Source: Alphaproteobacteria bacterium
GTDB lineage: Bacteria; Pseudomonadota; Alphaproteobacteria; Rickettsiales; SXRF01
Assembly: GCA_020049775.1 (NCBI GenBank)
Contig: JAGVLO010000008.1
Coordinates: forward strand, 83,790-147,789
Length of the DNA: 64,000 nt
Direction: 5' to 3'
In this document: piece by piece, positions 55,317 to 64,000 of the stretch
Position numbering within the stretch: position 1 is the first letter of the stretch
Layout of the letters: each line of letters starts with the position of its first letter
The notes under the pieces: generated by a model
What the model was told of the DNA's origin: nothing
What the model saw: only the letters and a program-made list of their open reading frames with translations
The model's database searches: none
Program-made: the position numbers and the translations under genes

Positions 55317-57596
55317 ATGAAAGGTACGGCGACAATGGCACAAAAACGCGGCACAAAATCGGCAAAACCAGCAAAAGCATCTGCAAAAAACAAGGGTCGT
55401 GAAAAGAAAGTCAAGGCGAAGATAGCGCCCGCAAAAAAAGCAGCACCCGCAAAAACAAAGCAGGCACCCGCTAAAACGCCAAAATCATCTGCTTTTAAAA
55501 CCTCGGTGAGAAAGCCTGAACTAAAAGCCGCGCCCGCTAAAAAAGCCGTCGTGCCTGTCCCGCAAAAACAGGATAAAAAAAGCGCCGCTATTGAAAAAAA
55601 AGCTGCCGCCAAAGGAGCTAAAAATACTAAAAAGGAAGACGCCGCCACCAGCAAGGAAGACGCGCAGGTACAGCAGGCCATTGTCCGCAAACTGCTCGCT
55701 ATGGGCAAGGCTCGCGGCTACATCACCTATGATGAATTAAACGCCATCTTGCCAGCCGAAGAATTCTCGCCAGAAGTGATTGATGCCGCAATTGGTGCGC
55801 TGGCATCGGCCGACATCAGCGTAGTAGAAGAAGAAACGCCCATGGATCCGGTGGAAAGCCCGGAAGGTTTTGTCGCTGAAGAAACAGAAAATGTTGGCCG
55901 TTCCGACGACCCTGTTCGCATGTACTTGCGCGAAATGGGCAATGTTGAACTGTTATCGCGCGAAGGCGAAATCGAGATAGCCAAGCGTATCGAGGCAGGC
56001 CGCGAAACCGTTATCAGCGCCCTGTGCGAAAGCCCGCTGGTGATGAAAGAAATTCTGTCATGGCGCGATGAGCTGGATGCCGGCACGTTGTTGCTGCGCG
56101 AAATCATCGACCTCGACGCCACCTACGGCGCAGGCAATGAAAATGGCGAGTTCTCCGGCGTAGGCATGCCGATTGCCAGCGACCGCCCCGTTGCCAAAAT
56201 AGAAGAAAAAATTGAAGCGGCGGAAGAAGAAGAGGAAAGCAAAGAAGGCAAAGACGGTGAGGAAGGCGAAGAGGGTGAAGAAGGCACTACCGCCGAAGCA
56301 GAAGAAGATCCAGAAGAAGACGATGGTTCTATCTCCTTGCTCGCGATGGAAAATGCGCTTAAGCCACAAATTCTGGAAACACTCGACCAGTTCGCCAAGA
56401 TCAGCAAAAAAATGCGCATCCTGCAGGAAAAACGCCTGACACGCTCATTTGGTGAAGGCCGCTACAGCAAAGATGATGAAAAGGCCTACCAGAAACTTCA
56501 CCGCGAACTGGTGGAGCTGATGATGGGCATGCGTTTCACTATCTACCGTGTGGAGCTGCTGATTCTTAAACTCTACGACATCAACAAGCGCCTGATGACA
56601 CTGGAAGGCCGCCTGATGCGCCTTGCCGAAAACCGTAAAGTAAACCGCAAAATATTTCTGGAAAACTATATTGGCAATGAACTTGATCCAACATGGCTCA
56701 AGCGCATGGAAGAACGCACCGATAAGGGTTGGAAAGAATTTGTTACCAAAGATAAGCCAGAGATTGACGAAATCCGCGCTGAAATCGCACAGATGGCCGG
56801 CGCCGCCGGCCTCGATATCGGCGAATTCAAGCGCATGATCATGGCCGTGCAAAAAGGTGAACGCGAAACCAACCGCGCCAAGAAAGAAATGATCGAGGCC
56901 AACCTGCGCCTCGTAATTTCTATCGCCAAAAAATATACCAATCGCGGCCTGCAGTTCCTCGACCTGATTCAGGAAGGCAATATCGGCCTGATGAAGGCGG
57001 TGGATAAATTCGAATACCGCCGTGGCTATAAATTCTCCACCTATGCAACATGGTGGATTCGCCAGGCGATTACCCGCTCTATCGCCGATCAGGCGCGCAC
57101 CATCCGCATCCCTGTCCACATGATCGAAACCATCAACAAGATTGTGCGCACCAGCCGCCAGATGCTGCATGAAATGGGCCGCGAGCCAACGCCGGAAGAA
57201 CTGGCGGAACGCCTTGTCATGCCGCTGGATAAAGTACGCAAAGTGATGAAAATCGCCAAGGAACCGGTATCGCTCGAAACCCCCATCGGCGACGAAGAAG
57301 ACTCGCATCTCGGCGATTTTATCGAAGACAAGAACGCCGTATTGCCGCTGGATGCCGCCATTCAGTCTAACCTGCGCGAAACCACCACCCGCATTCTGGC
57401 CTCCCTCACCCCGCGTGAGGAACGCGTGCTGCGTATGCGTTTTGGCATCGGCATGAACACCGACCATACGCTGGAAGAAGTCGGCCAGCAATTCTCGGTA
57501 ACGCGTGAACGTATCCGCCAGATTGAAGCCAAGGCACTGCGCAAGCTGAAGCATCCAAGCCGCTCGCGCAAACTACGCAGCTTCCTCGACTACTAA
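55317..57596 (+). CDS. rpoD: RNA polymerase sigma factor RpoD with a Lys/Ala/Pro-rich N-terminal extension
   Basis: Regions 1.2-4.2 are present (YLREMG, region 2 [58 protein letters not shown], and region 4 [20 protein letters not shown]). Conserved dnaG-rpoD linkage. Confidence 0.95.
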   Translation: MKGTATMAQKRGTKSAKPAKASAKNKGREKKVKAKIAPAKKAAPAKTKQAPAKTPKSSAFKTSVRKPELKAAPAKKAVVPVPQKQDKKSAAIEKKAAAKGAKNTKKEDAATSKEDAQVQQAIVRKLLAMGKARGYITYDELNAILPAEEFSPEVIDAAIGALASADISVVEEETPMDPVESPEGFVAEETENVGRSDDPVRMYLREMGNVELLSREGEIEIAKRIEAGRETVISALCESPLVMKEILSWRDELDAGTLLLREIIDLDATYGAGNENGEFSGVGMPIASDRPVAKIEEKIEAAEEEEESKEGKDGEEGEEGEEGTTAEAEEDPEEDDGSISLLAMENALKPQILETLDQFAKISKKMRILQEKRLTRSFGEGRYSKDDEKAYQKLHRELVELMMGMRFTIYRVELLILKLYDINKRLMTLEGRLMRLAENRKVNRKIFLENYIGNELDPTWLKRMEERTDKGWKEFVTKDKPEIDEIRAEIAQMAGAAGLDIGEFKRMIMAVQKGERETNRAKKEMIEANLRLVISIAKKYTNRGLQFLDLIQEGNIGLMKAVDKFEYRRGYKFSTYATWWIRQAITRSIADQARTIRIPVHMIETINKIVRTSRQMLHEMGREPTPEELAERLVMPLDKVRKVMKIAKEPVSLETPIGDEEDSHLGDFIEDKNAVLPLDAAIQSNLRETTTRILASLTPREERVLRMRFGIGMNTDHTLEEVGQQFSVTRERIRQIEAKALRKLKHPSRSRKLRSFLDY

Positions 57597-57604
57597 GGCC
57601 ACAC

Positions 57605-57958
57605 ATGACCATCACCACACGCCTATATACATGGTTTTCCGGCAAGCTGGTCGGCTGTGACCAGTTCGGTAACCAGTATTATATGGAAAAGAAAAAGCCT
57701 AAGGACCACCGCCGCAAGCGCTGGGTGATTTATAAGGGCATGGCTGAACCTTCCAAAGTACCCCCGCAATGGCACGGCTGGCTGCATTACACGCTGGAAA
57801 CCCCGCCTACCGAGCGCTCGGCACCCCCGCATGCGTGGGAACAGATGCACACACCCAACCTGACCGGCACCAGCGGTGCTTATGTGCCACCCGGCCATTT
57901 GATAAAAGGCGGACAGCGTTCTCCTGCCACCGCTGACTACGAGGCATGGAAGCCGTAA
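57605..57958 (+). CDS. NADH:ubiquinone oxidoreductase subunit NDUFA12-like protein
   Basis: G..VG.D.FGN.YY......RRWV.Y......S.VP..WH.WLH is the signature of the NDUFA12/B17.2 family. Confidence 0.85.
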   Translation: MTITTRLYTWFSGKLVGCDQFGNQYYMEKKKPKDHRRKRWVIYKGMAEPSKVPPQWHGWLHYTLETPPTERSAPPHAWEQMHTPNLTGTSGAYVPPGHLIKGGQRSPATADYEAWKP

Positions 57959-58005
57959 TCGTCTAAAATGCAATCGCAGGGCTTTGCCCGAGATTTATTT
58001 TGACT

Positions 58006-58857
58006 TCAGGAAATAATTGCCAGCGTCACACCTAGCCACAGCAGCACATTAACCAGCTGCCAGCGGTCTTTGAGTATCACGCTTTCCGGCTCCCCGCCCT
58101 GATCATACACGTAAATCATCTGCAGGTAGCGGAACAGGCCGAACGCCACAAACGCCAGCGTATAAACAATTTCGACGCGCCCAAGCTGCTGCGCAATCTC
58201 AGTGGTGTAAATAGCATAGGCCATCAATGCCGACCCGCCGGTAATCACCACCAGCTTGTCCAGCAGTGGGCGGCTGTATTGCTGGAGATTGGCCTTGTTG
58301 CTGACATATTCTTCAAAACCCATCTCATGATAGCGCTTGCCAAAGCCAAGGAACAACGCCAGCAGGAACGTAGTCAGGATAATCCACGGTGACACAGTCA
58401 CCTGCAGGGCATAACAGCCCATAAGCACACGCAGCACGTAGCAGGAGGCAATAAAGAAAATATCGAGCAGCGCGATATGCTTGAGTACCAGCGTGTAGAA
58501 AAAATTCAGCACAAGATAGACAGCCACGATAACCATACATTCAAATGGCAAAAGCGTAAGCAGCGCCGCACCACCAGCTGCAATAACAACTGCCATGACC
58601 AGCGCCTGCGAAACCGTCATTTCACCTGCGGCCAGCGGACGTTTGGATTTTTTGGGATGTAGCTTGTCTTCCTCAATGTCGCGTATGTCATTGATGATAT
58701 ACACCACGCAGGAAACACAAATAAAGGCCATCGCCGCCTCGAACGAGCGAAGCCAGCTTTCATACTGGGTAAATACATGGGCAAAAAACAGCGGCGCGAA
58801 TACAAAGCCGTTCTTTATCCATTGCTTGGGACGAAGCAGGCGAATCGCGGCTAACAT
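58006..58857 (-). CDS. UbiA-family prenyl-phosphate phosphoribosyltransferase (decaprenyl-phosphate 5-phosphoribosyltransferase-like)
   Basis: LLRPKQWIKNGFVFAPLFFA N-terminus and the NDIRDIEEDKLHPKKSKRPLAAG Asp-rich motif are typical of the DPPR-synthase branch of UbiA. Confidence 0.75.
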   Translation of the reverse strand: MLAAIRLLRPKQWIKNGFVFAPLFFAHVFTQYESWLRSFEAAMAFICVSCVVYIINDIRDIEEDKLHPKKSKRPLAAGEMTVSQALVMAVVIAAGGAALLTLLPFECMVIVAVYLVLNFFYTLVLKHIALLDIFFIASCYVLRVLMGCYALQVTVSPWIILTTFLLALFLGFGKRYHEMGFEEYVSNKANLQQYSRPLLDKLVVITGGSALMAYAIYTTEIAQQLGRVEIVYTLAFVAFGLFRYLQMIYVYDQGGEPESVILKDRWQLVNVLLWLGVTLAIIS

Positions 58858-58863
58858 ATGATT

Positions 58864-59997
58864 TTACCTGTTCTCATGGATACTCCTTGCAGACGCAGGT
58901 TGATTAAATAGGCTGGCACGGTCAATACCAGAAGCAGCAACCAGCGTATGCACACCAAGCATCACAAGCAATGGCAATATATCAAAGAAAACACGGTATT
59001 CCCCTGGCATGCCAAATAGCAAGTAGGCCAAATACATAGGCGGCATAAGCCAAAGGCCGCATTTTAGGAAATCGGGCTTGTCCGGCCATTTATAGGACAA
59101 CATAATAAAAATGAAAGACAATGTCAGTATCCGGTCATATTTCGATATACTCATCAAATCACCTGGTAACACCCTGAACAGATGGTTCCTTAGATATTCA
59201 CCGCCATTGTCTATGTATTCATAAAGCAGAAAAATACGCACAATGGTGTAAATAAGATATTGTACTACCCAGAAATTTACATACATCTTCCATTCCATCT
59301 TTCGAAAAAACCAGATGGTGGAAAACAGGAATATAAAGATCGCGGTTTCCTTATTTACGCATGCCAGAAAGAAAAATACAAAATAGGTCTTCCACTTGCG
59401 GGCAGCCAAACAGTAATAACAAGCGGTAGATAGAAAAAGCACTGCAATATCATAAATATACTGAAACGGAAAGCTGAATGAAGAGATGGCCAGCACCCCA
59501 AATACAGGGGCCATGTATGTAATCGCGGCATTACCCGGAAAAAGTTCAGCCGCCAAGCGCCGCAAGGCCCAGATGTACCCCCACAAGCACCCATAAATAA
59601 TACATGAAGTCACGACACGCTGGTAATGCTCACCTGCATAAGGAAAGGCGCGGGTTATAAAAGTAAGGGCCACCGGTAACTTGGTCATTTCATAATTATA
59701 TTGTATGACTGAAACCCACGTATTCACGCCATCAATTACCGTCTGTGGAGTAAGCCAAACAATGGCACGCGTCAGCGAGGGTACCAGTTGGCGATACACG
59801 AAGGGTTTGACCGTAGTCCCTAAATACATGCCGTCAAAAACAGTCTTGAAATAGCGGTCCCCAAGATAGGAAACCTCCATAAAATGCAGCATGGCATAAA
59901 TAGACAGCAGCACATAAATGCTGATAAAGACAATGTCCAGTTTCCGCCTTTCCCAGAAACTCCGGCACACCTTCAGAGAACCCCGCATATCAGGCAT
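58864..59997 (-). CDS. polytopic membrane protein of unknown function (possible GT-C-type glycosyltransferase)
   Basis: About 10-11 TM helices in 377 aa. Lies immediately upstream of, and is co-oriented with, the UbiA-family gene across a 6-bp gap. No family recognised. Confidence 0.45.
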   Translation of the reverse strand: MPDMRGSLKVCRSFWERRKLDIVFISIYVLLSIYAMLHFMEVSYLGDRYFKTVFDGMYLGTTVKPFVYRQLVPSLTRAIVWLTPQTVIDGVNTWVSVIQYNYEMTKLPVALTFITRAFPYAGEHYQRVVTSCIIYGCLWGYIWALRRLAAELFPGNAAITYMAPVFGVLAISSFSFPFQYIYDIAVLFLSTACYYCLAARKWKTYFVFFFLACVNKETAIFIFLFSTIWFFRKMEWKMYVNFWVVQYLIYTIVRIFLLYEYIDNGGEYLRNHLFRVLPGDLMSISKYDRILTLSFIFIMLSYKWPDKPDFLKCGLWLMPPMYLAYLLFGMPGEYRVFFDILPLLVMLGVHTLVAASGIDRASLFNQPASARSIHENR

Positions 59998-60092
59998 AAT
60001 ACTGCCAATCTGTTTTTTTATTTCAGAAACTGTTCTTTTTTGCTATTGAATGGCTTTGGACACAAGTAAAAAAGAAAGATAGGACTGCTATT

Positions 60093-60572
60093 ATGGAAAA
60101 AAACATCCTTGAAACATTAATGGGCGCAGTAGTCCTGATCGTTGCCGCAGCCTTCCTCTACTTTGCCTATGAGGGTAGCCAGATGCGCGTGGAATCAGGA
60201 TATACGGTCAGCGCGCGCTTCAGCGATGCTTCCGGCATCTCGCTGGGCAGCGACGTGCGCGTGGGCGGTATCAAGGTAGGGGTGGTCTCCAGCATGTCCC
60301 TTGACTCCAAAACCTACGACGCTGTTATCAACATGCAGATCCGCCAAGGCACGGCCATGCCAAAAGATTCTTCTGCTTCCATTGTCAGCAGCGGCCTGCT
60401 GGGCGAGAAATATATCCAGCTCACTCCGGGAGGTGATGAAAAAATGCTGTCAGAAGGTGGAAGGATTGAATTCACCCAGTCTGCTGTTAATCTTGAAGAA
60501 CTAATCGGTAAATTCATGTTCAGCGGCGGCGGCGTAGATAAAAAAAACGACGCAAAAACCGGCAGCAACTAA
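60093..60572 (+). CDS. mlaD: outer-membrane lipid asymmetry maintenance protein MlaD
   Basis: N-terminal TM helix and an MCE domain (GSDVRVGGIKVGVV...GLLGEKYIQLTPG). 159 aa. Confidence 0.85.
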   Translation: MEKNILETLMGAVVLIVAAAFLYFAYEGSQMRVESGYTVSARFSDASGISLGSDVRVGGIKVGVVSSMSLDSKTYDAVINMQIRQGTAMPKDSSASIVSSGLLGEKYIQLTPGGDEKMLSEGGRIEFTQSAVNLEELIGKFMFSGGGVDKKNDAKTGSN

Positions 60573-60587
60573 CGCTGGCGGCCTCTG

Positions 60588-61259
60588 ATGCCACTTCCTG
60601 TCCGTGTCCCACTTTTCCTTGCTGCTTCCCTGCTGGCAGGCGTAGCATTGGCCACCGACAACAGTTCGATTACCATTACCGAACCGCCGCCGGTAGCCGT
60701 TGAAGCAACGCCCGTAGCACCTATAGAAACATTGCCACCTCAGGCATTGCCGGACATTCCCGCTACAGACGCCGACACTAGCAATACACAGGCAGAAACG
60801 ACCACGCCAATAGATGAACCCGACGAGCGACCGGCACCAAACACCGTCACACTGCAAGGACTGAACAAGGTTACAGGCCGGATTTCACGGCTGGAGGCGC
60901 CACTGGGTACAGTCATGCGTTTTGGTAAAATCGAGCTTATTGCACGCCGCTGCTGGCGTTCGCCTATTGATGAACGGCCGGAAAATGCCGGATTGATAGA
61001 AGTGTGGGAAATGAAGCCTGGTGAAAGCCCCCAGCAAATATTCCTTGGCTGGATATTTTCCTCAAGCCCCGGCCTTTCTGGCCTGGAACATCCGGTCTAT
61101 GATATTACCATGCTGTCCTGTGACTTCTACGCCGATCCGGAAGTACACATAACCGACGATGTGCATGAAAAGTCTCCCCCTGCAGAAAGAAAGCCGGGTG
61201 CGGCAGCACCCGCCGATAAAGAAAAGAATGCCAAGAAGCCCGCTACAAAAGCGCCCTGA
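60588..61259 (+). CDS. DUF2155 domain protein
   Basis: Signal peptide and Pro-rich linker. The C-terminal LQGLNKVTGR...FG.IELIARRCW...PE..A.IEVWE matches DUF2155. Conserved partner of mlaD in alphaproteobacteria. Confidence 0.7.
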   Translation: MPLPVRVPLFLAASLLAGVALATDNSSITITEPPPVAVEATPVAPIETLPPQALPDIPATDADTSNTQAETTTPIDEPDERPAPNTVTLQGLNKVTGRISRLEAPLGTVMRFGKIELIARRCWRSPIDERPENAGLIEVWEMKPGESPQQIFLGWIFSSSPGLSGLEHPVYDITMLSCDFYADPEVHITDDVHEKSPPAERKPGAAAPADKEKNAKKPATKAP

Positions 61260-61260
61260 T

Positions 61261-62340
61261 TTATTTTACGTCGGCGCCGACCGCCTGCCGGATGTTGGAA
61301 AAACCGTCTTTCGCCAAAAGCGCAGGCAAGCCGTCGCATATGCGGCGCACCACACCAAAACCCTGATAGACCAGCACCGTATATAATTGTACAAGGCTCG
61401 CACCTGCGCGTATTTTTTCATATGCATCCTGCGCAGACGAAATTCCGCCGACGCCAACCAGCGGTATTTTGTTTCCAAGCAGCCGGTAAAACTGGCGCAG
61501 ATTATCGGTGGAGAGCGCAAATAGCGGTTTGCCACTTAAGCCCCCCTGCTCAGCGCAATAGGCGCTTTTGAGTGATGACGGGCGTGATATTGTGGTGTTG
61601 CTGACAATAATACCGTCAATGCCGTGTGCTAGTACAGCTTCTGCAATATCTTCCCGGCCTTGCTGTTCAAGATCCGGTGCTATTTTAAGCAACAGCGGCA
61701 CGCGACGGTTATGTGATTTTTGACTCTCATTACGCGCCGTATTCAACGCCGCAAGCAAGCCGCCCAGCACCTCTTTTTGCTGGAGCGCGCGCAGTCCTTG
61801 CGTGTTAGGCGAAGAAATATTGACAGTGATATAATCAGCATACGGATAGACGGCCCGAAGACCCGCCACATAATCCGCCGACGCGTCCTCCGTATCCTTG
61901 TTTTTTCCGATATTGGCACCGGCAATACCCATATGCAGGCTGCGGCGGTTGAAATTCTGTATGAAATGAAACAGCCCGCCATTGTTAAAGCCAAGGCGGT
62001 TAATCACGGCTTCATCTTCCGGCAGACGAAAAATCCGCGGTTTTGCATTGCCTGCTTGCGGACGCGGAGTCACCGTACCCGTTTCTACAAATCCGAAGCC
62101 ATGCGCCAGCAGCCCGTCAACCGCTACCGCATTCTTGTCAAATCCTGCCGCAAGACCCACAGGATTGGAAAAGCGCAGACCAAATATTTCTGTTTCCAGC
62201 TCCGGACGTATAGGCATGGTTACACGCGGCCACAAACGGTAGTGCAGGGTAAGCAGGCCGAGATTATGCGCAGCCTCGGGAGGCAGCAAATGCAACAGCG
62301 GGCGCAGATACGGGTAGATGTCAGCCATGGGTTCAGTCAT
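61261..62340 (-). CDS. pyrD: dihydroorotate dehydrogenase (quinone), class 2
   Basis: PE.AH......L, GLAAGFDKN, GFVE.GTVTP..Q.GN..PR.FRL, NISSPNT and GGISS motifs. Confidence 0.95.
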   Translation of the reverse strand: MTEPMADIYPYLRPLLHLLPPEAAHNLGLLTLHYRLWPRVTMPIRPELETEIFGLRFSNPVGLAAGFDKNAVAVDGLLAHGFGFVETGTVTPRPQAGNAKPRIFRLPEDEAVINRLGFNNGGLFHFIQNFNRRSLHMGIAGANIGKNKDTEDASADYVAGLRAVYPYADYITVNISSPNTQGLRALQQKEVLGGLLAALNTARNESQKSHNRRVPLLLKIAPDLEQQGREDIAEAVLAHGIDGIIVSNTTISRPSSLKSAYCAEQGGLSGKPLFALSTDNLRQFYRLLGNKIPLVGVGGISSAQDAYEKIRAGASLVQLYTVLVYQGFGVVRRICDGLPALLAKDGFSNIRQAVGADVK

Positions 62341-62355
62341 TCGTGGTGTACCACT

Positions 62356-62754
62356 TTAGCGCTGGGCGCCATAAATAGAAAGTATTTGCTGGGCCTGTTC
62401 TGATGACATGACTGAAGATGAGCTACGCTGGGCAGGTATTGGCGGCGGTTTATTCCCGTCACGGTTGTCCACCCGCGGGGTCGCTGCTTGCAGCCCGAAG
62501 GCAACAGCGGTTTTTCTCTGTAGCGGCAAGCCCCCCTCACGAGGTTTTAACGGAAAAAACTGCGTAGCACCTATTTTCATGGGTGAATTGTGGCGATATT
62601 TATCCAAAGCCATAAATACGGGAGTGTCGCCGGCACTTTCCACAATATGTTGCGGTTTATCCGATGCTTTTAATGAAGAAGCATAAACGGAAATTAAAAG
62701 AAAAGAAATAAACAGGTAAAAACGCATTAATACACTCGCACTGATTTTATCCAT
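62356..62754 (-). CDS. hypothetical secreted protein
   Basis: Signal peptide (FYLFISFLLISVYASSLKA). 132 aa. No family recognised. Confidence 0.45.
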   Translation of the reverse strand: MDKISASVLMRFYLFISFLLISVYASSLKASDKPQHIVESAGDTPVFMALDKYRHNSPMKIGATQFFPLKPREGGLPLQRKTAVAFGLQAATPRVDNRDGNKPPPIPAQRSSSSVMSSEQAQQILSIYGAQR

Positions 62755-62905
62755 TCTTTAGCAATTCGCAGACCACAAAAACGTAGGCTTTGCGCCGCTT
62801 TTTTATCTCTTTCTTAATCTCTGTAGCGTAGGTTTTGAGTATGGAATGTTGGAATATTACACAAAAAAATACTTTGTTAACACGTTAACCACTAAGCAGT
62901 CTTAT

Positions 62906-64000
62906 ATGAGAGACAAGGTTATTATAAACAAGATCAGCAAGCTTCACAACTGCGCAGCAACTTTTGCTTTTTGCGGCGCATTCACTTTGCTGATTACCGC
63001 TCCCGTACATGCAGACTCTGCCCGCTTCCCTGGAAGCAAGCAGGGTTCCGGCCTTGGCACCACGCTGAATAGCGCTCCGCAGGCTGCAATTGAAACGCAG
63101 GCGCCCACACAAGCCGCTGCTGCAGAAGACAATCAAGATTCTTCCGTTAAAAGTTCTTCCGGCCATTTCTTCTCTGGTGTCTTTTCCGGTATCGCAAATG
63201 CTGTACAGCCTTCCGCTCCAGCCGCAGCGCCTGCCCAGCAAGTAGCTCAGGAATCCGCCAGCGCCGGACACACCATCACCGAACATGATCTGGGCGATCC
63301 TGACAGCAGCCCTGCGCTTTTTGCCGCCCGTCAGGAACTTGACATCGAGCCACCAGCCAAAACAGCAGAGATGCCCGCTAATAACCAGCAGGCCATTGCT
63401 ACACCGTTGACGCACCCAGTTGACGCACCACAAGCCCAGCAGGCAGCCCCGCAATGGGTTGCACCTGAAGCTACGGCATCTGCGGCTGCGCCGGTTGCAC
63501 CCGTTGCCACCGCAACAGCAGAACCCGCACATATCGATCCGGTGCATGGTGAACCCGACAACAGTCCAGCCCTTTATGCCAAACGCCGCGAACTCGACCC
63601 CGTACAAAACCCGAACAGACTCACTTCTGTCCTGACCCAGTTGATGAAGCCGCTGGCCGAAGGCGAAGGTGACAAGAGCGTGGCCGGCGAACCCGTTGCC
63701 GCCTATGAATCACCAGGCGTAGTCATTAAGAGGGAATCATTTCGCCAGGAAACACTCCAACCCAACCTGACTGAAACAGAAATCAAGCTGGCATCTCTTA
63801 ATCCATCTAGTGGCACCGGTGGCCCACTGATTCAGTTGCCTGATGTGCCACCACCGGTACTGCCTGCACAGAACGCGGCGCCTGCTGATAAAAAAGCTGA
63901 AACAAAACCCGCTATTCCTGCCGCTGACGTAAAGGCACTGGTGCAAACACCTCCTGCCAAGCCTGCGGCAGCTCCTGTCATTACCACAACTCCGGCGCCT
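62906..64000 (+). CDS. secreted Pro/Ala/Gln-rich protein, 3' end beyond window (absent from the ORF track because it has no stop in the window)
   Basis: I translated from the ATG at 62906 to base 64000 without meeting a stop. Signal peptide MRDKVIINKISKLHNCAATFAFCGAFTLLITAPVHA. The long minus-strand ORF 62885..63607 is its shadow. Confidence 0.6.
   Translation, partial: MRDKVIINKISKLHNCAATFAFCGAFTLLITAPVHADSARFPGSKQGSGLGTTLNSAPQAAIETQAPTQAAAAEDNQDSSVKSSSGHFFSGVFSGIANAVQPSAPAAAPAQQVAQESASAGHTITEHDLGDPDSSPALFAARQELDIEPPAKTAEMPANNQQAIATPLTHPVDAPQAQQAAPQWVAPEATASAAAPVAPVATATAEPAHIDPVHGEPDNSPALYAKRRELDPVQNPNRLTSVLTQLMKPLAEGEGDKSVAGEPVAAYESPGVVIKRESFRQETLQPNLTETEIKLASLNPSSGTGGPLIQLPDVPPPVLPAQNAAPADKKAETKPAIPAADVKALVQTPPAKPAAAPVITTTPAP

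Noticed and set aside
56445-57554. 369-aa ORF antisense to rpoD
   Set aside because: The rpoD frame carries all sigma-70 regions. The antisense translation has no recognisable features.
62885-63607. 240-aa minus-strand Cys/Gly/Arg-rich ORF
   Set aside because: It is antisense to a plus-strand frame that stays open from 62906 to the window end and encodes a plausible signal peptide and low-complexity protein.
1-64000. Scan for CRISPR arrays, IS elements/transposases, rRNA and toxin-antitoxin pairs
   Set aside because: I saw no regularly spaced direct repeats, no transposase-like ORF, no terminal inverted repeats and no rRNA-like sequence. The only mobile-element traces are the integrase stub and att scars at tRNA-Gly.

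Overview
The window reads as a chromosomal segment of a mid-GC alphaproteobacterium. Lineage markers are TrcR/DUF1013, an NDUFA12-like protein, mlaD-DUF2155, a hisB-DUF2628-hisH-hisA-hisF-hisE operon, a long-form B12-dependent NrdJ and a GTA-type 3TM holin. I can support about 60 protein genes and one tRNA-Gly(CCC). I see no rRNA, CRISPR array or intact IS element. Most of the window is core housekeeping: his operon, lptFG, pepA-holC, prfC, aceB, gcdH, nrdJ, xerD, aroK-aroB, PBP1A, dnaG-rpoD, mlaD and pyrD. Eight things stand out. (1) A 300-bp self-contained mini-gene at 34064..34363 has codon usage alien to the rest of the window (3 of 99 sense codons end in A/T). It has its own promoter-like sequence, consensus AGGAGG, leader inverted repeat and terminator, and encodes a Lys-rich excisionase-like HTH protein. 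(2) A bufferin-type RiPP operon (DUF2282 precursor, DUF692/MNIO enzyme, DUF2063 partner) has a stem-loop between the precursor and enzyme genes. (3) An orphan exosortase-family gene lies convergent to a single tiny gene that is little more than a signal peptide plus a VPELP-TM-Arg/Lys (PEP-CTERM-like) sorting signal. (4) nrdJ is split by a frameshift, and clustered DnaA-box-like and NrdR-box-like sites lie upstream of it. (5) A promoter, ~180-nt leader and intrinsic terminator sit immediately upstream of a BASS-family transporter, which suggests a riboswitch, attenuator or sRNA. (6) A decayed integration hot-spot surrounds tRNA-Gly, with an integrase N-terminal fragment and duplicated tRNA 5' and 3' ends, next to an orphan holin. 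(7) RpoD carries a histone-H1-like Lys/Ala/Pro N-terminal extension. (8) A UbiA-type phosphoribosyltransferase plus an unknown polytopic membrane protein is inserted next to mlaD. All calls come from reading the ORF translations and the DNA by eye. No database search or folding program was run.
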